Shown here one piece after another: positions 8,398 to 16,287 of a stretch of DNA of 32,000 nt. The stretch covers positions 59,643 through 91,642 of the forward strand of contig NZ_FQXP01000003.1 of assembly GCF_900130005.1 (NCBI RefSeq). Direction: 5' to 3'. The stretch comes from Clostridium collagenovorans DSM 3089 (GTDB taxonomy: Bacteria; Bacillota; Clostridia; Clostridiales; Clostridiaceae). The notes under the pieces were generated by a model. It saw nothing but the letters and a program-made list of their open reading frames with translations, was not told the DNA's origin and searched no databases. The translations under genes and the position numbers were made by a program. How positions within the stretch are numbered: the first letter of the stretch is position 1; the number at the start of each line of letters is the position of its first letter.

Positions 8398-8699
8398 AGC
8401 AAAGGCAATGAAAAGAGCAGTAGTTATAAAGGAATACACAGAGAGTTTCCTAGTAGGTGAAAGGGAAGTTAGGAATTTATAATGAAACAAGTCTTGGAGC
8501 TGCATACGGATCTTATAAAAATGTATTATAAGTGATGCTATGACGTTTGTTCACGTTACAGAACTAAAGTATGATTTTTTCTAGTATTTTAGAAGGATGG
8601 TGTACTTGATGAGTCTAAGATGGTGACATTTTAGAAAAAAAGGGTGGTACCGCAAAATAGAATTTTGCCCCTGTAGATAGATTTCTACAGGGGTTTTTT
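8398..8699 (+). promoter_or_regulatory. T-box riboswitch leader (Stem I with K-turn, loop-E specifier loop, AGAGAG and GGUGAAAG distal motifs, T-box antiterminator, terminator)
   Basis: K-turn GGC|AAU|GA|AAAG (8404-8415) pairs with CUUG|GA|GCU (8493-8501). AGUA (8419-8422) lies opposite GAA (8484-8486). T-box AGGGUGGUACCGCA starts at 8641 with the 7-nt bulge UGGUACC. Terminator is CCCCTGTAG...CTACAGGGG plus T6 (8668-8699). Confidence 0.9.
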
Positions 8700-8967
8700 G
8701 ATGTTCAAAAACTTATAAAATACATGTAGTATATGTAATACTGTGTATTATAGAGTTTCCAATTAGCTATCTTTATCATATTTAGAAGTATACTTATTAA
8801 ATAAATATATAAATATTTATATTTATAGGTAAATAATTAACTTATAAATTAAAGACCAATAGAGAAATAATAATTTAGTTTTAACATTGAAATTATATAT
8901 GAAATAAAAAATATAAAACAACTTGATATTACAGTAGAAGTGATAACAAGCAAGAAGGGAGGATTTA

Positions 8968-9018
8968 TTGAGAGTTTTGTATTTAAAGTACAATATTCTC
9001 GATAAAGGTAAAATATGA
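8968..9018 (+). CDS. Candidate 16-codon upstream ORF (MRVLYLKYNILDKGKI) whose TGA overlaps the metG ATG (ATGA)
   Basis: The strongest SD in the region (AAGGGAGG, 8955-8962) lies 5 nt before the TTG at 8968. The stop at 9016-9018 overlaps the ATG at 9015-9017. There is no homology evidence. Confidence 0.25.
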   Translation: MRVLYLKYNILDKGKI

Positions 9019-10985
9019 TAAGTAAAAGATTAGATAAAAATGAAAGACCAGTATTTCCTAAGAAAGCTGTAATTACAGCAGGTATGCCTTATGGAAATAA
9101 AAACCTTCACTTTGGGCATGTTGGAGGTATGTTTATTCATGCAGATATATTTGCAAGATTTTTAAGAGATAGAATAGGAAAGGAAAATGTAATTTTTGTA
9201 TCTGGTACAGATTGTTATGGTTCACCTATCCTTGAGAGCTATAGAAAGCTAAAGGAAGATGGATATGAAAAGACTATGGAGGATTATGTTAAGTCTAATC
9301 ATTTAAGTCAAAAGGAAACCTTAGAGAACTACAATGTTAGCTTAAATCTTTTCGGTGCTTCTGCTTTAGGAAGAACTGGGGAAATTCATGATGAGACTTC
9401 AAGGGAAATATTTAATACATTATTTGAAAATGGATATATAAGAAAGATGTCCACTTTACAGTTTTATGATGAGGAGAAAAATGTATTTCTTAATGGAAGA
9501 CAAGTAACAGGAAAGTGTCCAATTGCTGGATGTAATTCTGACAAGGCATATGCAGAGGAATGTTCCTTAGGTCATCAATACATGGCATCAGAATTAATTA
9601 ATCCTATTAGTACTTTATCAGGTAAAAAGCCAGTATTAAAGAGTGTAGAGAACTGGTACTTTACATTAGAAGACTCTATGGAAATCATGAATGAGCTTAA
9701 TGAGTTTCTAAAGAGAAATACTAATAGAAGAAAGTATGAGCTTAAGGCTATAGATGAATTTTTAAAGAAACCAGTAATATATGTTCCAAGAAAATACATT
9801 GAGGACCTTAGTGAATTAGAAGCTAAATTCCCAAATCATGAAACAATTGATGAGGAAAAGAAATCCTTTGTAACCTTTGTTTTTGAACACCTAGAAGATA
9901 GAGATAAGGCTAAAGAAACACTAGATAATTTAAGCATTAATTACACAAGTGGTAAGACTTTAGTTCCTTTTAGATTATCAGGAAATATATCTTGGGGAGT
10001 AAAAGTACCAGATAGAGATGAGCTTAAGGGTTTAACATTTTGGGTTTGGCCAGAATCATTATGGGCACCAATATCCTTTACAAAGGCATATTTAGAATCA
10101 ATAGGAGAGGATCAGGAGAATTGGCATAAATGGTGGGATGATGAAGATTCCATGGTATATCAATTTATAGGAGAGGATAATATTTACTTCTATTCAATAG
10201 CTGAAATGGCAATGTTTACTGGCCTTAAAATAGCTAAAAATGAAGATGTAGATATTTCTAAGGTTAAATTGCCTCACATTATTCCTAATAAACATGTTTT
10301 ATTCATGGATAAAAAAGCTAGTAGTAGCTCAGAAATTAAGCCACCTATGGCAGATGAGTTATTAGAGCATTACTCAAAGGATCAATTACGTATGCACTTT
10401 ATGAGTTTAGGATTATCCTCAAAAAGTGTTGGATTTAAACCTCAAGTTTATATGAAAGAAGAAGAAAAAGCAGGAGTAGATCCAGTTTTAAAGGAAGGAA
10501 ACCTTTTAACTAATGTATTTAATAGACTTATTCGTTCATGCTTCTATACATTACAAAGCATAGATGAAAGTATTCCAAGAGAAGAAGTAAGTCCTAAAGT
10601 AAAAGAGTTAACAGAAAAAGCAGTATTAGAATATGAAAGACATATGTACAATCACGATTTCCACAGAATAGCATATGTACTTGATGAATATATAAGAGAA
10701 GTAAACAAACATTGGGCTAAAAATATTAAAAATGAAGAATTAAAAGCGCAAGTAATAGCAGATTGCTTCTATGCTTGTAAGGTAATAGCAATATTAGTTC
10801 ACCCTATAGCACCAGAAGGCTGTGAAATGTTTAGAGAGTATTTAAATATTGATGAAGAATTATGGAACTGGGATAAAATATTAGATCCTATTAATTCATA
10901 CTTCAAAGATGGTGAAAATCATAAATTTAAATTCCTTGAACCAAAGGTTGATTTCTTTGAAAAAATGGAGCATCAATATCAATAA
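9015..10985 (+). CDS. metG: Methionyl-tRNA-synthetase-like class I aaRS paralogue (E. coli-type MetRS core, no C-terminal tRNA-binding domain, non-canonical KMSKS)
   Basis: Rossmann-fold HIGH motif as HFGH (9108-9119). A CP-domain knuckle GKCPIAGC...ECSLGH is present, and the protein is collinear by eye with E. coli MetRS (FWVW..APISF, FIGEDNIYF). The KMSKS position reads KASSS (10314-10328). Confidence 0.75.
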   Translation: MISKRLDKNERPVFPKKAVITAGMPYGNKNLHFGHVGGMFIHADIFARFLRDRIGKENVIFVSGTDCYGSPILESYRKLKEDGYEKTMEDYVKSNHLSQKETLENYNVSLNLFGASALGRTGEIHDETSREIFNTLFENGYIRKMSTLQFYDEEKNVFLNGRQVTGKCPIAGCNSDKAYAEECSLGHQYMASELINPISTLSGKKPVLKSVENWYFTLEDSMEIMNELNEFLKRNTNRRKYELKAIDEFLKKPVIYVPRKYIEDLSELEAKFPNHETIDEEKKSFVTFVFEHLEDRDKAKETLDNLSINYTSGKTLVPFRLSGNISWGVKVPDRDELKGLTFWVWPESLWAPISFTKAYLESIGEDQENWHKWWDDEDSMVYQFIGEDNIYFYSIAEMAMFTGLKIAKNEDVDISKVKLPHIIPNKHVLFMDKKASSSSEIKPPMADELLEHYSKDQLRMHFMSLGLSSKSVGFKPQVYMKEEEKAGVDPVLKEGNLLTNVFNRLIRSCFYTLQSIDESIPREEVSPKVKELTEKAVLEYERHMYNHDFHRIAYVLDEYIREVNKHWAKNIKNEELKAQVIADCFYACKVIAILVHPIAPEGCEMFREYLNIDEELWNWDKILDPINSYFKDGENHKFKFLEPKVDFFEKMEHQYQ

Positions 10986-11012
10986 ATAGATAAAACTTAT
11001 AAAATTCTTATA

Positions 11013-11059
11013 AACACCCCTTATACTTAAATCAAAATTAAGTATAAGGGGTGTTTTTT
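11013..11059 (+). terminator. rho-independent terminator after metG (perfect 16-bp stem, 11-nt loop, T6)
   Basis: AACACCCCTTATACTT (11013-11028) pairs with AAGTATAAGGGGTGTT (11040-11055), followed by TTTTTT. Confidence 0.9.
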
Positions 11060-11060
11060 C

Positions 11061-11756
11061 ATGGAGTATATAGTAAAAACAGAAAAGTTAAGTAAAGTTT
11101 ATAATGGACAAGAAGTTAATAATGAAATATCAATATCAGTAAAAAAGAATTCCATATATGGACTTTTAGGACCTAATGGTGCTGGAAAATCAACATTACT
11201 TAAGATGTTAACAGGAATGATAAGACCAACAAGTGGGGAGATTTTATATTGCGGAAGACAATGGGAAAGAAAAGATTTATTAAGCATAGGAGCTTTAATA
11301 GAAGAACCAGCAATATATGAAAATTTAACTGCAAGGGAGAATTTAAAGGTAAGAACATTGATTTATGGATTACCAGATTCACGTATTAATGAGGTGCTTA
11401 AGATAGTTAAGTTAACGGATACAGGAAATAAAAAAGCAGGTAAGTTTTCTCTTGGAATGAAACAACGTTTAGGAATAGCTATTGCATTGGTAAATAATCC
11501 AAAGTTATTAATTTTAGATGAGCCAACAAATGGACTAGATCCCATAGGAATTGGGGAGCTTAGAGAACTTATTCGATCTTTTCCAGAGAAGGGGATAACA
11601 GTTATATTATCAAGTCATATTTTATCGGAAGTAGAATTAATGGCAGATCATATAGGAATCATTGCTAAAGGAAAGCTTTGGTATGAAGAAGAAATAGAAA
11701 AGGATAAAAACTTAGAAAATGTATTTTTAGATGTAGTTAGAAAGGCAGGGGTATAA
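11061..11756 (+). CDS. Lantibiotic-protection ABC transporter ATP-binding subunit (MutF/SpaF/NisF-like)
   Basis: Walker A GPNGAGKST, signature FSLGMKQR and Walker B LLILDEPTNGLD. It is followed by MutE- and MutG-type permeases. Confidence 0.85.
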   Translation: MEYIVKTEKLSKVYNGQEVNNEISISVKKNSIYGLLGPNGAGKSTLLKMLTGMIRPTSGEILYCGRQWERKDLLSIGALIEEPAIYENLTARENLKVRTLIYGLPDSRINEVLKIVKLTDTGNKKAGKFSLGMKQRLGIAIALVNNPKLLILDEPTNGLDPIGIGELRELIRSFPEKGITVILSSHILSEVELMADHIGIIAKGKLWYEEEIEKDKNLENVFLDVVRKAGV

Positions 11757-11757
11757 T

Positions 11758-12480
11758 ATGATTTCTATGATAAAAGCAGAATTATTAAAGCAAAGGCATA
11801 CCTTCCAGAAGAGATTAGTTTGGATTGCACCAATTATAACCATAGTAATAGCTAATATTCTTATGGGGAAAGAGTATGTACAAAGTGCAGCTTACAACTG
11901 GTGGTATGTTCTTATATTACCCGGAACATTAACTATGATGAGCTCATTTCTTATAGTTAATGAGGAAAAGAGAAAATTTCATGGTATGTTTAATATTTTG
12001 ATAGATGTAAAAAAGTTATGGTATAGCAAAATAATTATTTGTACCCTATATTTAGCTTTAACATCCATGGTATTTTGGGTGGGAATTACAATCTTAGGTT
12101 TTATATTCGGTAATAAAATATCTATATTTAATAGCTTTGTTGCATCAATATTATTATTTATATTATTTTTATGGCAAATACCCTTATGGATGTACCTATC
12201 AATGAAGAAGAATACAGTATTTTCTATGATACTTAGCATCATATGTAATTTTGGAATTGCTGTACTTTGTGCAGTAAAGTCTATGTGGTGGATTCCTTTT
12301 GCTATTCCAGCAAGGGTTATGATTTCTGTAATAGGGGTTTTACCTAATGGATTAAAGGCTGAATATGGAAATGCTCTTATGCATGGTGGAGTTATTCCAG
12401 TGGGTATAGCAATAACAGTAAGTTTATATTTGATTTTATCATATATTACAGCAAAGTCTTTTGGAGCAAGGGAGGTTTAG
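11758..12480 (+). CDS. Lantibiotic-immunity ABC permease, MutE/EpiE-like
   Basis: Six-TM hydrophobic protein starting 2 nt after the ATPase stop. The N-terminus IKAELLKQRHTF is typical of the family. Confidence 0.75.
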   Translation: MISMIKAELLKQRHTFQKRLVWIAPIITIVIANILMGKEYVQSAAYNWWYVLILPGTLTMMSSFLIVNEEKRKFHGMFNILIDVKKLWYSKIIICTLYLALTSMVFWVGITILGFIFGNKISIFNSFVASILLFILFLWQIPLWMYLSMKKNTVFSMILSIICNFGIAVLCAVKSMWWIPFAIPARVMISVIGVLPNGLKAEYGNALMHGGVIPVGIAITVSLYLILSYITAKSFGAREV

Positions 12481-12484
12481 TGAA

Positions 12485-13243
12485 ATGGTGACATTTAGAA
12501 ATTATTTAAAAGCTGATTTATACAAATTTAGTCACTCTAAAATAATTATAAGTCATTTGATTATTCCAGTAATAGGAATAATTTTAATGATAGCTTACTT
12601 TACAATTTCTTCCTTAGGAGAATTAGAAAAAATCTCTGCGTATATGCAGATTATATCAATTGCCTTTCCTTTAATCATTTCCATGGTAATAACTATGGTT
12701 TATGAACAGGAAGAAGAAGCAAAAGGGTTTCAATATTTTCTTTCAACAGCAAGTAAAAGGTATGTTCCTCATACAAGCAAACTAGTTTTATTAGTTATCT
12801 TTGGAATGGTATCTACATTAATAAGCATTGTAGGATTTGGAATAATATTTAATATCTTAAGTGAGCAGAATATTAGTGTAATATTTTATATAAAAGAAGC
12901 AGTTATTATCTTCATAAGTAATCTTCCAATATATGTGATACAATATTTATTAGCATTTTCTTTTGGAAAGGGTGCAGCTATGGGACTGGGAGTTATTGGG
13001 ACTCTTATTACAGCACTTATGTTAACTGGCTTAGGAGATGGTATTTGGTTTATATTGGCATGGGGATATTCAACAAGATTATCTTCATATTTTTTCCAAT
13101 ATGAAATGATGAATAACTGTAATTTAGCAGTGCAGAGTGAAGTAAATATAGCTATAATTTCAATAATACTTTTTATAATAATAGGAATAGTATCTCTAAT
13201 AGTTTTCAGTAATCATTGGGAAGGAAAAAAAGAGAGTTATTAA
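12485..13243 (+). CDS. Lantibiotic-immunity ABC permease, MutG-like
   Basis: Polytopic membrane protein and second permease of the F/E/G triad. ATG at 12485 lies 9 nt after GGGAGG; the track ORF starts at TTG 12461. Confidence 0.75.
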   Translation: MVTFRNYLKADLYKFSHSKIIISHLIIPVIGIILMIAYFTISSLGELEKISAYMQIISIAFPLIISMVITMVYEQEEEAKGFQYFLSTASKRYVPHTSKLVLLVIFGMVSTLISIVGFGIIFNILSEQNISVIFYIKEAVIIFISNLPIYVIQYLLAFSFGKGAAMGLGVIGTLITALMLTGLGDGIWFILAWGYSTRLSSYFFQYEMMNNCNLAVQSEVNIAIISIILFIIIGIVSLIVFSNHWEGKKESY

Positions 13244-13915
13244 GTGGGTGAGAAAGTGAGTAATATTTTAGTAATTGATGATGAAGAGGATATTTGTAAA
13301 TTAATAAAAAATGCTTTAAGCAATCAAAAATATATAATTGAAACGAGAAATAATGCAATTGATATTTCGGTTGATGAACTTAAAAAATTTGATTTAATAT
13401 TAATGGATGTTATGATGCCTAAGATAGATGGATTTACATTATGTAAAAGGATTCGTGAAGAAATTGATTGTCCAATAATATTTATAACAGCAAAAATACT
13501 AGAAGAAGATATTATTGAAGGCTTTTCAATAGGTGGAGATGACTATATAAAAAAGCCCTTTAGCATACTAGAATTAAGGGCTAGGGTTGCAGCTCATTTA
13601 AGACGTGAAAATAGGGAACATCACAATACTTTATCAACTAATGGATTAAGGTTTGATTTACAAGCTAAGGAATTATTTTTTAATGATATAAAAATATCTC
13701 TTACAAAGGGAGAATACAATATTTGTGAGCTTTTAGCAAAACATAAAGGACAAGTATTTTCCTTAGAACAAATATTTGTGAAAACATATGGGTATGACAA
13801 GAATAGTGATAATAGTGCAATAAGAGAGCACATTAAAAATATTAGAGCTAAAATTAACCTATATATAGATAATCCAATTGAAACAGTTTGGGGTGTTGGT
13901 TATAAATGGATATAA
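13244..13915 (+). CDS. OmpR/PhoB-family response regulator
   Basis: Receiver domain (ILVIDDEED, LILMDVMMPKIDG, GGDDYIKKPF) plus a winged-helix C-terminus (ETVWGVGYKW). GTG start is immediately after the permease stop; GTG at 13256 is an alternative. Confidence 0.9.
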   Translation: MGEKVSNILVIDDEEDICKLIKNALSNQKYIIETRNNAIDISVDELKKFDLILMDVMMPKIDGFTLCKRIREEIDCPIIFITAKILEEDIIEGFSIGGDDYIKKPFSILELRARVAAHLRRENREHHNTLSTNGLRFDLQAKELFFNDIKISLTKGEYNICELLAKHKGQVFSLEQIFVKTYGYDKNSDNSAIREHIKNIRAKINLYIDNPIETVWGVGYKWI

Positions 13916-15270
13916 TTAAAAAGAAGGAAGTAACACTATATAATATATTTTTAAGGTATTTAGTTAGTTTTTGTGTACTAACACTTGTAGCATTATTTTT
14001 GTCGATATTTATTTTTGGAATTGGTGTAAGTACAGGAATAGTATTGACAGCTGATTATGCTCAAAATAACGTAGAGGAGTTTAAAAAAGATCTTTTAGCA
14101 AAAGGAAATGTAGATAAAGATAGTATAAAGTATCCATATAGGTATGGCTTTTATAATAAAAATTTAGAAGTAATTAGTAGTAATTTTAATGAAAAGCAAT
14201 TAGATGAAGCTTATAAATATTTAAATGGAATTAGTATAAAGGGCAAGTATATCTATACATCAATATCATTAAATGATGGAACTTGTGTAATATCATATGA
14301 TATAAAGGCACATTTTTCATCGGAGTATATGAATAATATATTCCCCTATCCAGAGTTAATTATGATTATTTTATTTGTTGTTTCATTTATAATAATTTCT
14401 ATTATTCTTATTAAAAACTTTGGTGAAAGATTAAAAGGTGAATTAAGTCCTTTAAAAAAATCTACGGAACTAATAATGCAGCAAGACTTAGACTTTGAAG
14501 TAACACCTACTAATATAAGAGAATTCAATGAGGTATTAATATCTATAGAAAATATGAAAAATGCATTGAGAAAATCCTTAGAAACACAGTGGAAAGCTGA
14601 ACAAAGGAGAAAGGATCAAATATCAGCACTTGCACATGATATAAAAACTCCATTAACAATTATAAAAGGCAATGCTGAATTGCTATCAGAGGATGAAGCT
14701 TTAAGTGAAGATAAGGAATATGTAGATTTTATTATTAAGAACTCTAATAAAATTGAAAAATATATTTCAATTTTGATAGAAATATCAAAGGCTGAGAATG
14801 ATATAGATTACAGTATGGAAACTATAGATTTTAATAGTTTCTTGCAAGAACTAAGGTGCGAAACTGAAATGTTGTGCAAGAGAAAAGATCTTAAAAACTC
14901 TATTGAGGTTAATAATCCTCCTGAAAGTTTTCATGGAAATTCAGAACTCTTAATAAGGGCACTTACTAATATAATAGTTAATTCTGTAGAGTATTCAAGT
15001 GAGGAGGATAAAATAGAGATCTTAGTTAATTGCCATAATAATAAATTAAACTTTACTATAAAAGATTGTGGAAAAGGTTTTTCAGAAGAAGGACTAAAAA
15101 ATGCTACAAACCAATTTTATATGGAAGAATCACATCGTAGAGCAGGCAAACACTATGGGATAGGATTATACATTACAGAAACCATAGCAAAGAAGCATGG
15201 AGGAGAATTAGTGCTTAAAAATAGAGAAGATGGAAAGGGTGCAGAAGTTTCCTTAATTATTCTAAGATAA
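13906..15270 (+). CDS. Sensor histidine kinase (2 TM with an extracytoplasmic loop of about 110 aa, then HisKA and HATPase_c)
   Basis: H-box SALAHDIKTPLT, N-box LIRALTNIIVNSVEY and G-boxes DCGKGF / GIGLYI. It overlaps the RR gene by 10 nt. Confidence 0.9.
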   Translation: MDIIKKKEVTLYNIFLRYLVSFCVLTLVALFLSIFIFGIGVSTGIVLTADYAQNNVEEFKKDLLAKGNVDKDSIKYPYRYGFYNKNLEVISSNFNEKQLDEAYKYLNGISIKGKYIYTSISLNDGTCVISYDIKAHFSSEYMNNIFPYPELIMIILFVVSFIIISIILIKNFGERLKGELSPLKKSTELIMQQDLDFEVTPTNIREFNEVLISIENMKNALRKSLETQWKAEQRRKDQISALAHDIKTPLTIIKGNAELLSEDEALSEDKEYVDFIIKNSNKIEKYISILIEISKAENDIDYSMETIDFNSFLQELRCETEMLCKRKDLKNSIEVNNPPESFHGNSELLIRALTNIIVNSVEYSSEEDKIEILVNCHNNKLNFTIKDCGKGFSEEGLKNATNQFYMEESHRRAGKHYGIGLYITETIAKKHGGELVLKNREDGKGAEVSLIILR

Positions 15271-15318
15271 ATATGTTTCAAAAGTATATAAGTTTAGATA
15301 GGTTTTTGAGTAACGTAT

Positions 15319-15371
15319 AAATCTACAATAAGATTATTATTTTATAATTTTATTGTAGATTTATTATTTTT
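15319..15371 (+). terminator. Terminator of the immunity/TCS operon
   Basis: AAATCTACAATA (15319-15330) pairs with TATTGTAGATTT (15351-15362), followed by a T-rich run. Confidence 0.7.
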
Positions 15372-15471
15372 GTTTTAGAAAATACTGGTTTTTATTCTAT
15401 AAATTATATATAATGCTAATATAAAGTTCTCAACGATTATATTATATGATGAAATAAATAATAGGAGGATT

Positions 15472-16143
15472 ATGAGGATTATAATGAAAGTTTCTGTAAA
15501 TGAATTATTAGACATTGAAGAATTAGATGCAAGAGCCATATTTGAAGGGGTTAAGTATCCTTGGGAAGCTCTTACAGAAATTAAGGATTTCATTTTTGAA
15601 TATGCAAAAAATCTTCCAAGTGATTTTGAAAGAATAAAGGAATTTGTATGGGTTGGTAAAGGTACTACTATAGAAAAAAGTGTTCTTATAAACGGCCCAG
15701 CCATTATAGGTTACAATTGCGAAATCAGGCATTCTGCATATATTAGAGGCAATGTTATCATTGGTAATAATGTTGTAATTGGAAATTCAACTGAAATTAA
15801 AAATTCAATCCTCTTTAATAAAGCTCAAGTTCCCCATTATAATTATGTTGGTGATTCAATATTAGGGTATAAAGCTCATCTAGGGGCAGGAGCAATAACC
15901 TCCAATTTAAAATCTGATGGAACATTAGTAAAAGTAAAATATGGCAAAGATATTATTGAAACTGGTTTAAGAAAATTTGGTGCAATTGTAGGAGATTCAG
16001 CTGAAGTGGGATGTAACTCAGTTTTAAACCCGGGTACAATAATAGGAAAAGATAGTATTGTCTATCCATTAACTTCTGTAAGAGGTTATATTCCAGAGAA
16101 GAGTATTTTGAAAAGTAATGGTGAAATTGTAGAGAGAAAATAA
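15472..16143 (+). CDS. Hexapeptide-repeat (left-handed beta-helix) transferase, GlmU C-terminal-domain-like
   Basis: Repeated [LIV]-G-x4 hexapeptides (IIGYNCEIRHSAYIRGNVIIGNNVVIGNSTEIKNS...). The start is ambiguous: ATG 15472 or ATG 15484 after AGGAGG. Confidence 0.7.
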   Translation: MRIIMKVSVNELLDIEELDARAIFEGVKYPWEALTEIKDFIFEYAKNLPSDFERIKEFVWVGKGTTIEKSVLINGPAIIGYNCEIRHSAYIRGNVIIGNNVVIGNSTEIKNSILFNKAQVPHYNYVGDSILGYKAHLGAGAITSNLKSDGTLVKVKYGKDIIETGLRKFGAIVGDSAEVGCNSVLNPGTIIGKDSIVYPLTSVRGYIPEKSILKSNGEIVERK

Positions 16144-16287
16144 AGTCAAAGAACCATGATAGGGTATTAATATTGTAGTTTTTCATTTTTTAATAACTGA
16201 TTTTACAATTACTTTTCTTAGTATTGATGATACATCAAAAAAATCAAATGTTTTTTATAAATAATAACTATAGGAGGGAAAATAGTT

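Noticed and set aside
8482-8484. AUG read as the T-box specifier (the expected Met codon for a metG leader)
   Set aside because: In the fold supported by the K-turn and the AGUA/GAA loop-E pair, A8482 and U8483 are base-paired in the upper helix and G8484 is the first base of GAA. I kept this as an open question in the findings rather than asserting Met specificity.
8710-11006. AACTTATAAA(A/T)T boxes at 8710, 8839 and 10994 as a shared regulator motif linking metG and the ABC operon
   Set aside because: About one chance occurrence is expected in a window of this composition, and similar CTTATAA strings occur elsewhere (for example near 8511 and 17187). Only the phased triple at 10996-11026 was retained.
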